This document shows positions 46,851 to 58,430 of a stretch of DNA of 64,000 nt, piece by piece. The notes beneath the pieces were generated by a model. That model was given only the letters and a program-made list of their open reading frames with translations, was not told the DNA's origin and ran no database searches. The first letter of the stretch is position 1; the number at the start of each line of letters is the position of its first letter. The DNA comes from Gemmatimonadota bacterium (GTDB lineage Bacteria > Gemmatimonadota > Gemmatimonadetes > Palauibacterales > Palauibacteraceae), in contig JBDHIM010000019.1 in the NCBI GenBank assembly GCA_039587445.1, positions 1,728 through 65,727 on the forward strand. Direction: 5' to 3'. The translations under genes were made by a program, and so were the position numbers.

Positions 46851-47999
46851 CTAGGGCGCCACGATCTCCAGATCGGTCGTCCCGAATCCGCCCGGCGTGG
46901 AGTCGATGAAGCCGCCATCCGCGCTCAGCAGAAAGAGCTCGCCCGCCTGCGCGGAGCGGAACGTCGCGCAGACCAGGCGTCCGTCCGATAGCGCCGTCGC
47001 CGCCCAGCACGAGAGCGGCACTCCGTCCGCATCCCGAGTCTGAACCGGATCCTCCGGCCCGTCGACGAAGCCCGGCGCCGCGGGATCGAACCTCAGCGTC
47101 CGGATCGAGACGAAATCGCTCGTGACGGCCACGTAGACACGCCCGTCCGCGCCCTCTTCTATAGACACCCCGTTGCCTCCCAGCGGAAACGGCCCCGAAA
47201 GCTGCAGGGACGCCGGATCGATAACCGCCAGGCTGCCGTTCCCCTCCGGTTCGAATGCGGGGCCCAACGTGCCCGCGTTCAAGACGACGAGGCGCCCGGC
47301 GGAGAGCACCGCGTTCGTCGCCTGCAAGCCAGGCAGCCCGATCTCGCGCACGAACTCACCGCTGGTCTCGAACACGACGACGCGGCTGTTTCCTAGCGGC
47401 TCGAAGGTGAAGTCGACATCGTCGATGTTGGAGTCGATCACGAAGACACGGTCGTTCGTCACGATCACCCTCTCGATGAACTCGCCGACATCCCGGGCGA
47501 AGACCGTAGGCGGCGTCCCCGGCGCGGTGATCGACAGCTCGTAGACGGAGTTGGAGGCGCGCCCGCCCACGAAGGCGCTTCCGCGGTTCTCGACCACGAA
47601 GGGCTTGGACGGGTTCACCGGCTCGTCCGGGAAAGTGACCGCGATAGAGCTGCGGCCGGCGACGTCCACTACCAGCGCGCGATCCCCTCCGAAATCGCTC
47701 TCGGTCACGACGGCGATCAGATCCGTGACATCCCCTCCGACGGCCATCGCATCGCCGTCGAAGAGCCCGCCCAGGTCGATCGCGGCTCCCGAGGGCGAGA
47801 TCTCGCCGCTTACCTCGTAACCCTGCATCGTCTGGCCCACTGAATGCAGGGCGAGCAGGGCCGCGGGAGGATCTCCCGGTCCCGGCCCCGTGGGGTCACC
47901 TCCGTCCGTGGAGCAGCCGGCAACGGTCGCCAGGCCGAGCGCGATCGAAACGAGGCCGCCGCCTCGGAAACACGAGGAGCCATGCCTGCTTGACCTCAT
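46851..47999 (-). CDS. surface or periplasmic lipoprotein, probably beta-propeller, last gene of the B12-uptake operon
   Basis: ATG 47999 with GAGAGGA upstream; lipobox VAGC. Repetitive beta-strand segments (VFVIDS, LVVLNAG, VYVAVTS). Immediately downstream of the TonB receptor. Confidence 0.6.
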   Translation of the reverse strand: MRSSRHGSSCFRGGGLVSIALGLATVAGCSTDGGDPTGPGPGDPPAALLALHSVGQTMQGYEVSGEISPSGAAIDLGGLFDGDAMAVGGDVTDLIAVVTESDFGGDRALVVDVAGRSSIAVTFPDEPVNPSKPFVVENRGSAFVGGRASNSVYELSITAPGTPPTVFARDVGEFIERVIVTNDRVFVIDSNIDDVDFTFEPLGNSRVVVFETSGEFVREIGLPGLQATNAVLSAGRLVVLNAGTLGPAFEPEGNGSLAVIDPASLQLSGPFPLGGNGVSIEEGADGRVYVAVTSDFVSIRTLRFDPAAPGFVDGPEDPVQTRDADGVPLSCWAATALSDGRLVCATFRSAQAGELFLLSADGGFIDSTPGGFGTTDLEIVAP

Positions 48000-48050
48000 A
48001 TCCTCTCTTTTCGCGTTGCGGAGGCCGGACGTCACGTCGGCCTCCTCGGG

Positions 48051-50189
48051 TCAACGACGAAGCTCGAGCCGGAACAGCAGGCTCCGGCCAGGCTCGGGGT
48101 AAAGCTCGATTAGCTCGTAGCGCACATCGAGCAGATTGTCGACCGCCAGGGCGGCCTCCAGGGCGAGAGCACCGATCCTGAATCCACGGCTCGCATCGAA
48201 GCGTGCCACCGCGTACGCCGGCAATCGACGAACGCCCGCGAGCGTGGTCGTCCGGCTCCCCTCGATTCTGACCGCGCCCCGGAGCCAGATCTGGGCGACC
48301 ACCCCACCGAAGTAGATGTCGCCCGCGAAATCGGGCTGATAGGGCATCGGGTTCCGGTTGTCGCCGAACCCGAGGCGGCTGCGCTGAAAGGTGAAGGATC
48401 CGCCTGCCCGGGGCCCTCGGTCTCCCAGCGGCACGTCTCCGCGAATCTCGAGACCCGCCGCCGTCAGCCGATCCAGGTTACGCGGACTCCACAACGCGAC
48501 CGCGCTGGCCACCCACACGATCGGATCGTTCGTTCGCCGGTAGAACGCTACCGCCTGAACGTCCAGGCCTCCCCGCGCGGAGCCACCATCATCGGTGTCG
48601 GCCCCGGCGCTCGACGTCCAACTGACGCCGGCCTCGGCATCGATCACCACCCGTTCCGGTCCGAGATCCGGGTTGGCCTGTACGCTCCTGGCCGACGCGG
48701 CGTAGAGGTCCGCAAAGCTCGGAAGCCGGTAGGCGCTGCCGGCCCTCCCCCACAGCGTCCAGGCAGGACCCAGTTGAGCGGCCAGGGCGATCTCCGGGTT
48801 GACGGCGGTGCCGTCGGTGGACAGATCGGTGGCGACACCCGGCTGCACGGAAAGTCGCCCCGTCTCGAACGTTCGGCCCAGCCAAACTCCACCACTCCAC
48901 CGCACCGGCCGGTCGGCCGTCCCGGCCTCCGTCACCGATTCGCGGGCCAGGTAGCTCGAGAGCTCCAAGCCGAGTCTCGGTAGCCAGCCCGAGCCGGCCA
49001 GTCGCAGGCTGGTCAGCGACTGCGTCGACTCCACGCTGCGCCGAGGGTCCCGATAGACGATGTCCCGCCTCGCCATCGTGCCGGTGATCCGGCCGGTCGA
49101 GGATCCGTAACCCATGAGGGCCTGCAGGGAGCGGTCCGTGTATCGCGCCTCATCGAAAGCCTGTGTGCCCATCCGTCCCGGCGCTCCGCGCTCCACGTCG
49201 TCGTAACGAAGCTGCGCGAACACGGGCAGAGCGTTCGGAGCTCCCGACAACCACAGGTGCAACCCATCAGCGTCGGCGTTCTCCCTGATCTCCATGGGGT
49301 TCCCCGGAAGGACATGGTTCGGGTACTCGTAGTCGTTCTCGATCCCCTCCATCCGGAAGCCGGCGGCGAGCGTCCCGAGCTTTCCGCCGATCGATGCATA
49401 GCCGTCGGCGGCCAGACGGCCGAACGAGCCCATCTCGAATCCTCCGGCAGCGCTCATGCCGTCCGGTCGCCTCGATTCGAGCAGCAGGACGCCGGCGATC
49501 GCTCCGGAGCCGAAGCGCGGAGAGGCGCCGCGCACCAGCGTCGCCGCTGAAAGGGTCGCCACCGGGATTCTCGAAAGGTCGGCCGAGCCGCCGAGCGGGT
49601 CGTTCACGGGAAGCCCGTCCAGCAGCACGAGCAGGCCTTCGGGGCGACTGCCCCGAACCGTGCCCACCTGCCCTCCCCCGACCGATGGTCGCACCTGGAC
49701 ACCGGGTTCCTCGGCGAGCCGATCCGCCAGCGTGCGGGGGCCGCCATCCAGTGGAATGTGGCTCGTCGCGTGCCCGGGCATCGCCCCGGCACCAGGCCGG
49801 CTGACGGCGGCGATCACGTCGGTCACGGCCACAGGCTGCACGCCGACCGTCACCGTGATCGAGATCCCGCTGCCGTCGAGCTCGACCGGCCGACGCGCCG
49901 TCTCGTAGCCGAGAGCCTCCGCCACGAGCTCGTAGCGGCCAGCCTCCATCTCGTCGCTCTCGTAGACGCCTTCGCCGACCTCGACCATTAGGAACGCCGA
50001 GACCGAAGTTCGATCCTCGAACGTCAGGTGCACGGTGGCACCTCGGACGAGCTCACCGGACTCCGAGCGAACGAGCACCGTGACTCGGGATGGGCCCGCC
50101 CCCTCGTCGATCTCGCCTCGAAACGCCGGGCCTTCCTGGGCGTGGGACGTTCTGGGGAACAGCACCGAGGCTACGACGACGAGCAGCAT
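48051..50189 (-). CDS. TonB-dependent receptor with N-terminal CarboxypepD_reg-like domain
   Basis: ATG 50189 (GGAGG upstream), signal peptide, CarboxypepD_reg segment, plug, beta-barrel ending in a terminal aromatic-containing strand (SLLFRLELRR). Confidence 0.88.
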   Translation of the reverse strand: MLLVVVASVLFPRTSHAQEGPAFRGEIDEGAGPSRVTVLVRSESGELVRGATVHLTFEDRTSVSAFLMVEVGEGVYESDEMEAGRYELVAEALGYETARRPVELDGSGISITVTVGVQPVAVTDVIAAVSRPGAGAMPGHATSHIPLDGGPRTLADRLAEEPGVQVRPSVGGGQVGTVRGSRPEGLLVLLDGLPVNDPLGGSADLSRIPVATLSAATLVRGASPRFGSGAIAGVLLLESRRPDGMSAAGGFEMGSFGRLAADGYASIGGKLGTLAAGFRMEGIENDYEYPNHVLPGNPMEIRENADADGLHLWLSGAPNALPVFAQLRYDDVERGAPGRMGTQAFDEARYTDRSLQALMGYGSSTGRITGTMARRDIVYRDPRRSVESTQSLTSLRLAGSGWLPRLGLELSSYLARESVTEAGTADRPVRWSGGVWLGRTFETGRLSVQPGVATDLSTDGTAVNPEIALAAQLGPAWTLWGRAGSAYRLPSFADLYAASARSVQANPDLGPERVVIDAEAGVSWTSSAGADTDDGGSARGGLDVQAVAFYRRTNDPIVWVASAVALWSPRNLDRLTAAGLEIRGDVPLGDRGPRAGGSFTFQRSRLGFGDNRNPMPYQPDFAGDIYFGGVVAQIWLRGAVRIEGSRTTTLAGVRRLPAYAVARFDASRGFRIGALALEAALAVDNLLDVRYELIELYPEPGRSLLFRLELRR

Positions 50190-50224
50190 CGTGAGCCTCC
50201 GGTCGCTCCGTAGCGCACGGCCTC

Positions 50225-51043
50225 TCACGTCAGCTCCACTGAGCGATCCGAGTCTCGACCGTGGTCGACGGGCACGACGTGGAGTCCCGACAATCCGGCG
50301 TGGTCGAGTGCCAGCACCTCGATCGGCCAGTCGAACACGCGGCTGAGTATATCCGATCGCAGCACCTCGGTCGGCGATCCGGCAGCCTCGAGGCAACCAT
50401 CCGAAAGCAGGCAGAGCCGGTCGGCAAACCGGCCCGCCAGATGGAGGCTGTGCGTGATGGTGACCGCCGACCCTCCGGCGTCCACGAAATCCCGGACGAG
50501 GCGGAAGATCTCCATCTCATGGGCCACATCCAGATGCGCGGTGGGCTCGTCGAGGACGAGGACTGTCGGGTCCTGGGCGAAGGCCCTGGCGAGCTTGGCC
50601 CGCTGCACCTCGCCCCCGCTCAACTCGGTGACGGACCGGCTCGCGAGCTTCTCCAGGTCCGCACGCCGAAGCGCGCCCGACACCTTCGCTCGGTCCCCCT
50701 CCCCGAGGGGAGCCCAGGGACGCACGTACGGATTCCGGCCCATCTCCACAAACCCGATCACGGAGATCGGCAGGACGGGCGGTCCCCCCTGGGCCACGAC
50801 GCCCACCCGTTTCGCCATTTCGCGCCTCGGCCAATCGGCGGCCGCGCGGCCCTCGAACAGCGCGTAGCCGCTCTGGGGTCGCAGTGTGCCCAGAAGAAGC
50901 CTCGCGAGCGTCGTCTTCCCCGCGCCGTTCGGGCCTACCACGGCGGTGTGGGATCCGGCGGGGATCTCCACGCTGACCCCGCGTAAGGCCGCGTCGTCGG
51001 AGCGCGGGTACCGGAACCAGGCGTCGCCGAGCTCGAAGCTCAC
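50225..51043 (-). CDS. ABC transporter ATPase (BtuD/FecE family)
   Basis: Walker A GPNGAGKTT, LSGGE signature, VLVLDEPTAHLD. GTG 51043 overlaps the permease stop (GTGA). Confidence 0.9.
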   Translation of the reverse strand: MSFELGDAWFRYPRSDDAALRGVSVEIPAGSHTAVVGPNGAGKTTLARLLLGTLRPQSGYALFEGRAAADWPRREMAKRVGVVAQGGPPVLPISVIGFVEMGRNPYVRPWAPLGEGDRAKVSGALRRADLEKLASRSVTELSGGEVQRAKLARAFAQDPTVLVLDEPTAHLDVAHEMEIFRLVRDFVDAGGSAVTITHSLHLAGRFADRLCLLSDGCLEAAGSPTEVLRSDILSRVFDWPIEVLALDHAGLSGLHVVPVDHGRDSDRSVELT

Positions 51044-52047
51044 AGGGGCTTCCTCGCGTAGCCGCGCCGCAGGAGGACAAGGAAGAAAGGCACGCCGATC
51101 AGTGCGGTCACGACACCGACCGGAACCTCCAGCGGCTGTGCCACCGTCCGCGCCGCCGCGTCGGCTAGCACTAGAAGCGACCCCCCAGCCAGAAACGACA
51201 TCGGTATCAGGTACCTGTGATCGACGCCCCAAAGCAGCCTGATGGCGTGGGGTACGACCAGTCCGACGAAACCGATCACCCCGGCCACGCTCACGGCAGC
51301 CGCCGCGAGGAGCGAGGCCAGCAGGTACGAGATCTTCTTGACCCGCTCCACCTCTGTCCCGAGGTGCGCGGCGCTCTCCTCGTCGAGCGCCAGCGCGTTC
51401 AGGTGACGGCTCAGCCCGAAGGCCGCCAGAGCGGCCGGGACGGAGTACGCCGCCAGAGCGACGTTCATCTGCCAGGAGGCTTGGCCGAAGCTGCCCATCG
51501 TCCAAAGGAGCGCCGACCGCGCCGTGCGCCCCTCGGCCAGGGTCAGTACCAGCATGACGCCAGCTCCGAAAAAGGATGCGACGACGACTCCGGCGAGGAT
51601 GAGCACTCGCGTGTCGAGCTGGCCGGTGGCGTACGCCACCCGAAACACGGTCCCTATCGCGATCAGGGCTCCGGCCAGCGCGGCAACGGCGACACCCGCT
51701 GGCCCTACCGTCACTCCCAGCGACAGGACGGCGACCGCGCCCAACGCAGCGCCGCTCGACACGCCGAGCAGGTAGGGCTCGGCAAGCGGATTCCGGAGGA
51801 GCGCCTGGAAGAGGACCCCCGAGACCGCGAGACCCGCGCCCGCCAGTGCGGCCGCCACGATTCTGGGCAGCCTCACCCAGAGGAGGATAGCCCGTGCGGG
51901 TGACTCGCTGGCCGCCGGCTGCAACGCTGTCCATATCTCGGGCAGGGAGAGGTTCGCCGGGCCGACGGCGAGCGCGGCCGACATCGCCACGACGAGCAGA
52001 AGCGCGAGACCGAGAAGCCCGATCCCGCGGCTACGTGAGTCCCTCAC
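51040..52047 (-). CDS. FecCD/BtuC-family ABC permease
   Basis: 335 aa and about 9-10 TM segments; FecCD pattern (RLPRIVAAALAGAGLAVSGVLFQ). Confidence 0.9.
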   Translation of the reverse strand: MRDSRSRGIGLLGLALLLVVAMSAALAVGPANLSLPEIWTALQPAASESPARAILLWVRLPRIVAAALAGAGLAVSGVLFQALLRNPLAEPYLLGVSSGAALGAVAVLSLGVTVGPAGVAVAALAGALIAIGTVFRVAYATGQLDTRVLILAGVVVASFFGAGVMLVLTLAEGRTARSALLWTMGSFGQASWQMNVALAAYSVPAALAAFGLSRHLNALALDEESAAHLGTEVERVKKISYLLASLLAAAAVSVAGVIGFVGLVVPHAIRLLWGVDHRYLIPMSFLAGGSLLVLADAAARTVAQPLEVPVGVVTALIGVPFFLVLLRRGYARKPL

Positions 52048-53108
52048 GGTTCTTCACCTCCCTCCGGGGGCCACCCGGGAGGGGAGAAGGAGCCGGCGTG
52101 GATGGCGCGTGCGAGCTCCCGGACCCCGTCGGCGATCCTCGGGCCCAGCCTCACGACGATCTCGCCATCGAACACCCTGATACGATCTTCCCGAACTGCA
52201 CCCAGCACCTCCCAGCCCGGCCGATCCGGGATCGGCGTCCGCTCCGCTCCGCGGTGCACGGGGTAGAGGATGATCTCGGGATCGCGAGCGGCGATCGCCT
52301 CCAGACTAACCTGCGGCGACGGACTCGCGAGATCGCCGAAGACGTTGCGACCGCCCGCCAGCGTGATCAGCGAGTCCAGGTAGCTTCCGCCACCGATGGT
52401 GATGGGAGGATGCCACCAGGCGTCGTAGTAGACGGAGCGTTCCGGAAGCTCCCGTGTGATCCTTCGGATGCCTCCCAGATCGTCACGGATCCGGTCGCTC
52501 AACCGCGCCGCGGCGGAATCGCGCCCGGTGACCCGGCCCAGGCGCTCGATGTTCAGGTGGAGATCCGCCAGGGTGTTGTGTCGGACGGCGAGCACGGGCA
52601 CGCCAATTCGCCGCAGAGCATCGGTCGCGGCACGCGAATCAGGCCCGGCGAACAGGATGACCAGATCGGGCTGGCGGGACACGACCATCTCCACGGAAGG
52701 CCGGACCCCATCGCCGACGCTCGGCACCTCCGACGCCTCGGGCGGGTGGGAGTCGAACCGCGTTCGTCCGACGAGATCCTCACCGGCACCGATCTCGAAC
52801 AGGATCTCGGTAGCGGTGGGCAGCAACGAGACGATCCGTCGGGGGGGGCGAGGAAGCGCTACGGATGCGCCCTCGTCGTCGGTGACCCGTACCGTGTCGG
52901 GAGAGTCCGACCGGCCGCCCTCTCGGTCAATATCCGCTCTCGGGGCCGTCGCGGCGCCCGCCAGGGCCGGGACAACGGGCGAGCTGGCCAGCTGGAGGAT
53001 GAGGACCGAAAAGAAAAACGCGGTCCCGAGCACCGGAAGCTTCACGGCCAAGCGTCGAACCTTTCCAGGAACGACATGGCCAGGGCTCGAAGACCGCAAC
53101 CCGCCCAC
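52044..53108 (-). CDS. periplasmic substrate-binding protein (BtuF/class 8 SBP type)
   Basis: RIVSLLPTATEILFEIGAGEDLVG motif. Start uncertain: GTG 53108, or GTG 53045 giving the signal peptide MKLPVLGTAFFF... Confidence 0.85.
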   Translation of the reverse strand: MGGLRSSSPGHVVPGKVRRLAVKLPVLGTAFFFSVLILQLASSPVVPALAGAATAPRADIDREGGRSDSPDTVRVTDDEGASVALPRPPRRIVSLLPTATEILFEIGAGEDLVGRTRFDSHPPEASEVPSVGDGVRPSVEMVVSRQPDLVILFAGPDSRAATDALRRIGVPVLAVRHNTLADLHLNIERLGRVTGRDSAAARLSDRIRDDLGGIRRITRELPERSVYYDAWWHPPITIGGGSYLDSLITLAGGRNVFGDLASPSPQVSLEAIAARDPEIILYPVHRGAERTPIPDRPGWEVLGAVREDRIRVFDGEIVVRLGPRIADGVRELARAIHAGSFSPPGWPPEGGEEP

Positions 53109-53134
53109 GCCCTTCCCGCGAAGAGCTGCTCATG

Positions 53135-53310
53135 GGCATGGATGGGGTCGTCTCCTGGCTCGAGGCCTCCTCGGTCGTGTTTCCGATTCGCTCGGTGGCA
53201 ACTGACCGGGGACACGGCGCTGGGCGCCGGGCCTCACACAGTGGCGGGGCCGCGTCGGCTCATCCGACTTCCGTTTACCGCCTATCCATGTACGAGGTAC
53301 TACCGCAGGG
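53135..53310 (-). promoter_or_regulatory. cobalamin (B12) riboswitch
   Basis: Minus strand contains GGTAAACGGAAGTCGG...GCGGCCCCGCCACTGTGTGAGG, GCCACCGAGCGAATCGGAAAC and the B12-box-like AGCCAGGAGACGACC, upstream of the btuF-like gene. Confidence 0.8.
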
Positions 53311-53355
53311 TACGCCGGGACCGGCGCGCCCCGCAAGCCTATGGCGGCTGGACAG

Positions 53356-53925
53356 TCAGGGCTTGAAGCGCCCGAAATCCTCGGGGTTCAGCCCCTTGAG
53401 GTAATCGCGCAGCTCCTCTCCGTTAGTCGCTTCGTCGCCCGGTTGGGACGCCTCCTCGGCTCCGACCGCTTCGGAACCCTCGAAGGCCGCCTCGTCGAAG
53501 CCGGCCTCTTCGATCTCCATGGCCGTGAGCTCGAGCAGCTCGTCATCGGCGAAGATCGGCGCCTTCGACCGTAACGCGAGAGCGATGCTGTCGCTGGGCC
53601 GCGAATCCACCGAGATGAACTCACCGTTACGCCGAAAGATGAGCGAGGCGTAGTAGGTGTTCTCGATGACCTTCGTGATGATCACCCTCACGAGCTCGCT
53701 CCCGAGGCCGCGAACGATCGTCATCAGCAGGTCATGCGTGAGGGGGCGGGAGAACTTGACACCTGCGAGCTCCATCGCGATCGCGCTGGCCTCGCCCGGG
53801 CCAATCCAGATCGGAAGGAGGCGCTCGCCCTCGTTCTCCTTGAGGATGACCACGGGCGTGTTGGAGGACTTGTCCAGCCCCAGACTCGCCACGCTCACTT
53901 CGGTCATTCCGTTCGTGTCCGCCAT
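53356..53925 (-). CDS. bifunctional nuclease (BFN/DNase-RNase) family protein
   Basis: PVVILKENEGERLLPIWIGPGEASAIA ... RPLTHDL ... DSRPSDSIALALR pattern. Confidence 0.85.
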   Translation of the reverse strand: MADTNGMTEVSVASLGLDKSSNTPVVILKENEGERLLPIWIGPGEASAIAMELAGVKFSRPLTHDLLMTIVRGLGSELVRVIITKVIENTYYASLIFRRNGEFISVDSRPSDSIALALRSKAPIFADDELLELTAMEIEEAGFDEAAFEGSEAVGAEEASQPGDEATNGEELRDYLKGLNPEDFGRFKP

Positions 53926-53968
53926 GCCCTCGCCCCCGCCGAGAATCGGTCGCCGCGTCCCGTGCCGG

Positions 53969-55402
<1,434 letters not shown>

Positions 55403-56557
55403 TCAGAGGCACGCTTTCAGATCGTTCACTCGGTCTGTCTTCTCCCAGCTGAAGCCGCCATCGTCGTCAGGCACGCGGCCGAAGTGGCCGTAGGCGGCGG
55501 TGCGCTGGAATATCGGCCTTCGCAGGTTCAGCTCTTGAATGATCCGCAGCGGCTGGAGATCGAATACGCTCTCGACGCACTTCTCCAGCTCGGCATCGGG
55601 CGCCACCCCGGTGTCGAAGGAGTTCAGCATGACCGACACGGGCTCGGCCACGCCGATCGCGTAGGCCAGCTGGATCTCCGCGCGGCGCGCCAGGCCCGCC
55701 GCGACGATGTTCTTGGCCACCCAGCGGGCGGCGTAGCTCGCGGAACGATCCACCTTCGTCGGATCCTTACCGCTGAAAGCGCCCCCGCCGTGGCTCCCCA
55801 CGCCGCCGTACGTGTCGACGATCACCTTGCGTCCGGTGACGCCGGCGTCTCCCTGAGGGCCACCGATCACGAAGCGCCCGGTCGGATTGATGTAGCAGCG
55901 GAGGGAGTCGTGATCGCACATGTCCGGCGGCAGCACCGGATCGATGACCTCTCGCCGGATCCCCTCCTCCAGCTGCTCCTTGGGAATGTCAGGGTGGTGC
56001 TGCGTGGCGATGACGACGGTGGTCACCCGCTTCGGGGACCCGTCCTCGTACTCGACCGTGACCTGGGACTTCCCGTCCGGACGAAGCCAATCGAGGATGC
56101 CCTGCTTGCGGGCTTCGGACAGCCGAAGAGTGAGGCGATGGGCGAGCGAGATCGGCAGTGGCATCAGGCTCTCGGTCTCGTCCGTCGCGTAGCCGAACAT
56201 CATTCCCTGGTCTCCGGCGCCGCCGGAATCCACGCCCATGGCGATGTCCTGCGACTGTCTGTCCATCGACACGAGGACCGCGCAACTGTCGCAGTCGAAG
56301 CCGAGCGCAGGATCGTCGTACCCTATCCGTCGAATGGTCTCGCGCACGACGTCGGGGAGATGGACGGATGCCGAACTCGTTACCTCGCCCGCGATGAGGG
56401 CGAGGCCGGTTGTCACCAGGGTTTCGCACGCCACTCGGGAAACCTCATCCTGCTCGAGCATGGAGTCCAGCACCGCATCGGAGATCTGGTCCGCGACCTT
56501 GTCGGGGTGACCCTCCGTAACCGATTCGGATGTGAAGAGATGTATCCTTGGCGACAT
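55403..56557 (-). CDS. metK: S-adenosylmethionine synthetase
   Basis: [28 protein letters not shown] motifs; 384 aa. Confidence 0.97.
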   Translation of the reverse strand: MSPRIHLFTSESVTEGHPDKVADQISDAVLDSMLEQDEVSRVACETLVTTGLALIAGEVTSSASVHLPDVVRETIRRIGYDDPALGFDCDSCAVLVSMDRQSQDIAMGVDSGGAGDQGMMFGYATDETESLMPLPISLAHRLTLRLSEARKQGILDWLRPDGKSQVTVEYEDGSPKRVTTVVIATQHHPDIPKEQLEEGIRREVIDPVLPPDMCDHDSLRCYINPTGRFVIGGPQGDAGVTGRKVIVDTYGGVGSHGGGAFSGKDPTKVDRSASYAARWVAKNIVAAGLARRAEIQLAYAIGVAEPVSVMLNSFDTGVAPDAELEKCVESVFDLQPLRIIQELNLRRPIFQRTAAYGHFGRVPDDDGGFSWEKTDRVNDLKACL

Positions 56558-56663
56558 TTTGTCCTTTAAGCCCGCTTTGGAGCCCGATGTGAGCCCGCTC
56601 CGGGCCTACATCAGACCCGTCCGGGGTTTCGCGGTAAGAAACGCGCGTGAAGGTATCGGACCT

Positions 56664-58430
56664 TCAAACGACTGACAAGCGATCCAGAAGCCCCTCTCCT
56701 TCAGGCAGAATCTCCTCCAGATAGCGACGGAACGGGCGTCGGATGTCCCGGCCTCCGTCGCCGTCCTCGAGTCGCGCCGCGATATCGGCCAGGTCGGCGG
56801 CGGAAGCGGCCAGGACCGCCTCTTTGACCTCCGGATGAGCCGGTGGTGGAAGGCTGAACGTTCGATACCCAAGTCCGATGAGCGCGGCGACTCCCACCGG
56901 GTCTTCGGCCAGGTCTCCGCAGACGCTCACTCCGACGCCCTCCTCTTCCGCCGACCGGGCCAGGCGGCGATACATCCGGAACAAGGCCGGGTGCAGCGTA
57001 TCAAACAGGTCCACCAGGCGAGCGTTGCCGCGATCCACCGCGAGAGTGTACTGCGTGAGATCGTTGGTTCCGAGGCTGAGAAAGTCCACGTGTGGCGCCA
57101 ACCGGTCCACGGTTTCCAGGGCGGCCGGGGTCTCGATCATGATCCCGAGCGGCACATCGGGAGCCGAGCCGGCGTTGAGGGAGGCCCGCACCTCGTCCAG
57201 GATCTCGCGGGTCCGCCTGATCTCATCCGGCGAAATGACGAAGGGCAGGAGGATCCGCACGCGGCCGTGCTCTGCGGCTCGCACCGCCGCGCGCAACTGA
57301 TTGCGGAACAGGTCGGGAAGGTCGAGGCACACCCGGATGGCGCGCCAGCCGAGGTATGGATTCTCCTCCATCGGCATCGGCAGGAAGATCGGGAACTTGT
57401 CGCCGCCGATGTCGAACGTGCGCAACGTGACTCCGAGCTCCGGAAAAGCCTCCACGACTCGTCGATACGCGTCGTACTGCTCGTCTTCGTCGGGGATCGT
57501 TCTCCGACCAATCACGAGAAACTCCGACCGGAACAGGCCCACGCCCTCCGCACCCACCCTCAGCGCTGCGGTCGCGTCATCCGGCTGATCCAGGTTCGCT
57601 TGAAGGATCACCCGGGCGCCGTCGGTCGTCTGGGTCACGCAGCAGGCGAGCTCCTCGAGGCGGCGCTCCCTCTCGCTGATGTGAAGCGCGGAGCGCCGGT
57701 AGGTGTCGATCTCGGCTTCCGTCGGATGCACGATCACCCGCCCGGTGGCGCCATCGAGGATCACCTCGTGACCGTCCGTCAGCTCGGCCAGCCGCGGCCC
57801 GATGCCGACGACGCAGGGCACTCCGAGCGAGCGAGCGATCACCGCTGAGTGGGACGCCCGCGACCCCGTAGCCGTGAGGAGGCCGAGCACCCCCTGGCCG
57901 CCCAACTGCACGGCAAGACTCGGCGTCAGCTCGTCGAAGACCAGAACCGCTCCTCCTTCGGGCAGCTCCGAGACGACGTCCCTCTCCTCGAGTCCCAGCA
58001 GCCGAGAGAGCACGCGCTGGCGAATATCCCGCAGATCGGCGAGGCGATCGAGGGCCATGACGTGTGCCGTGTCGGCGAAGCGGGACCGGAGCTCCAGGAG
58101 GCGCCAGTCGATGGCCCGCTCGGCCGGTAGGAAGTTCTCGCGGATGTAGGAGAGCGTTCCGGAGATCAGATCAGGGTCGTCGAGCATCATGGCCTGCGCC
58201 TCGAAGATCTTGCCTTCGACGGGTCCGATGCGCTCGCTCGTTGCCCCCTGGATCTGCAGGATGCGCTCTCTGGCCCACTTTCTCGCTTCCTCGAAGCGCT
58301 CCACTTCGGCGTCGACCTGATCCGGACTGATCGTTCGATGCGGCACGGAAGGCACGTCCCAGCCTGCGCGCAGGGAGTGGCCGCGAGCTCGGCCCGGCGA
58401 CGCTCCGATTCCATGCAAAATCCAGCTCAT
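56664..58430 (-). CDS. ptsI: phosphoenolpyruvate-protein phosphotransferase (PTS enzyme I)
   Basis: Phospho-His region GSRASHSAVIARSLGVP and the PEP-utilising C-terminal TIM domain (GTNDLTQY). Confidence 0.93.
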   Translation of the reverse strand: MSWILHGIGASPGRARGHSLRAGWDVPSVPHRTISPDQVDAEVERFEEARKWARERILQIQGATSERIGPVEGKIFEAQAMMLDDPDLISGTLSYIRENFLPAERAIDWRLLELRSRFADTAHVMALDRLADLRDIRQRVLSRLLGLEERDVVSELPEGGAVLVFDELTPSLAVQLGGQGVLGLLTATGSRASHSAVIARSLGVPCVVGIGPRLAELTDGHEVILDGATGRVIVHPTEAEIDTYRRSALHISERERRLEELACCVTQTTDGARVILQANLDQPDDATAALRVGAEGVGLFRSEFLVIGRRTIPDEDEQYDAYRRVVEAFPELGVTLRTFDIGGDKFPIFLPMPMEENPYLGWRAIRVCLDLPDLFRNQLRAAVRAAEHGRVRILLPFVISPDEIRRTREILDEVRASLNAGSAPDVPLGIMIETPAALETVDRLAPHVDFLSLGTNDLTQYTLAVDRGNARLVDLFDTLHPALFRMYRRLARSAEEEGVGVSVCGDLAEDPVGVAALIGLGYRTFSLPPPAHPEVKEAVLAASAADLADIAARLEDGDGGRDIRRPFRRYLEEILPEGEGLLDRLSVV

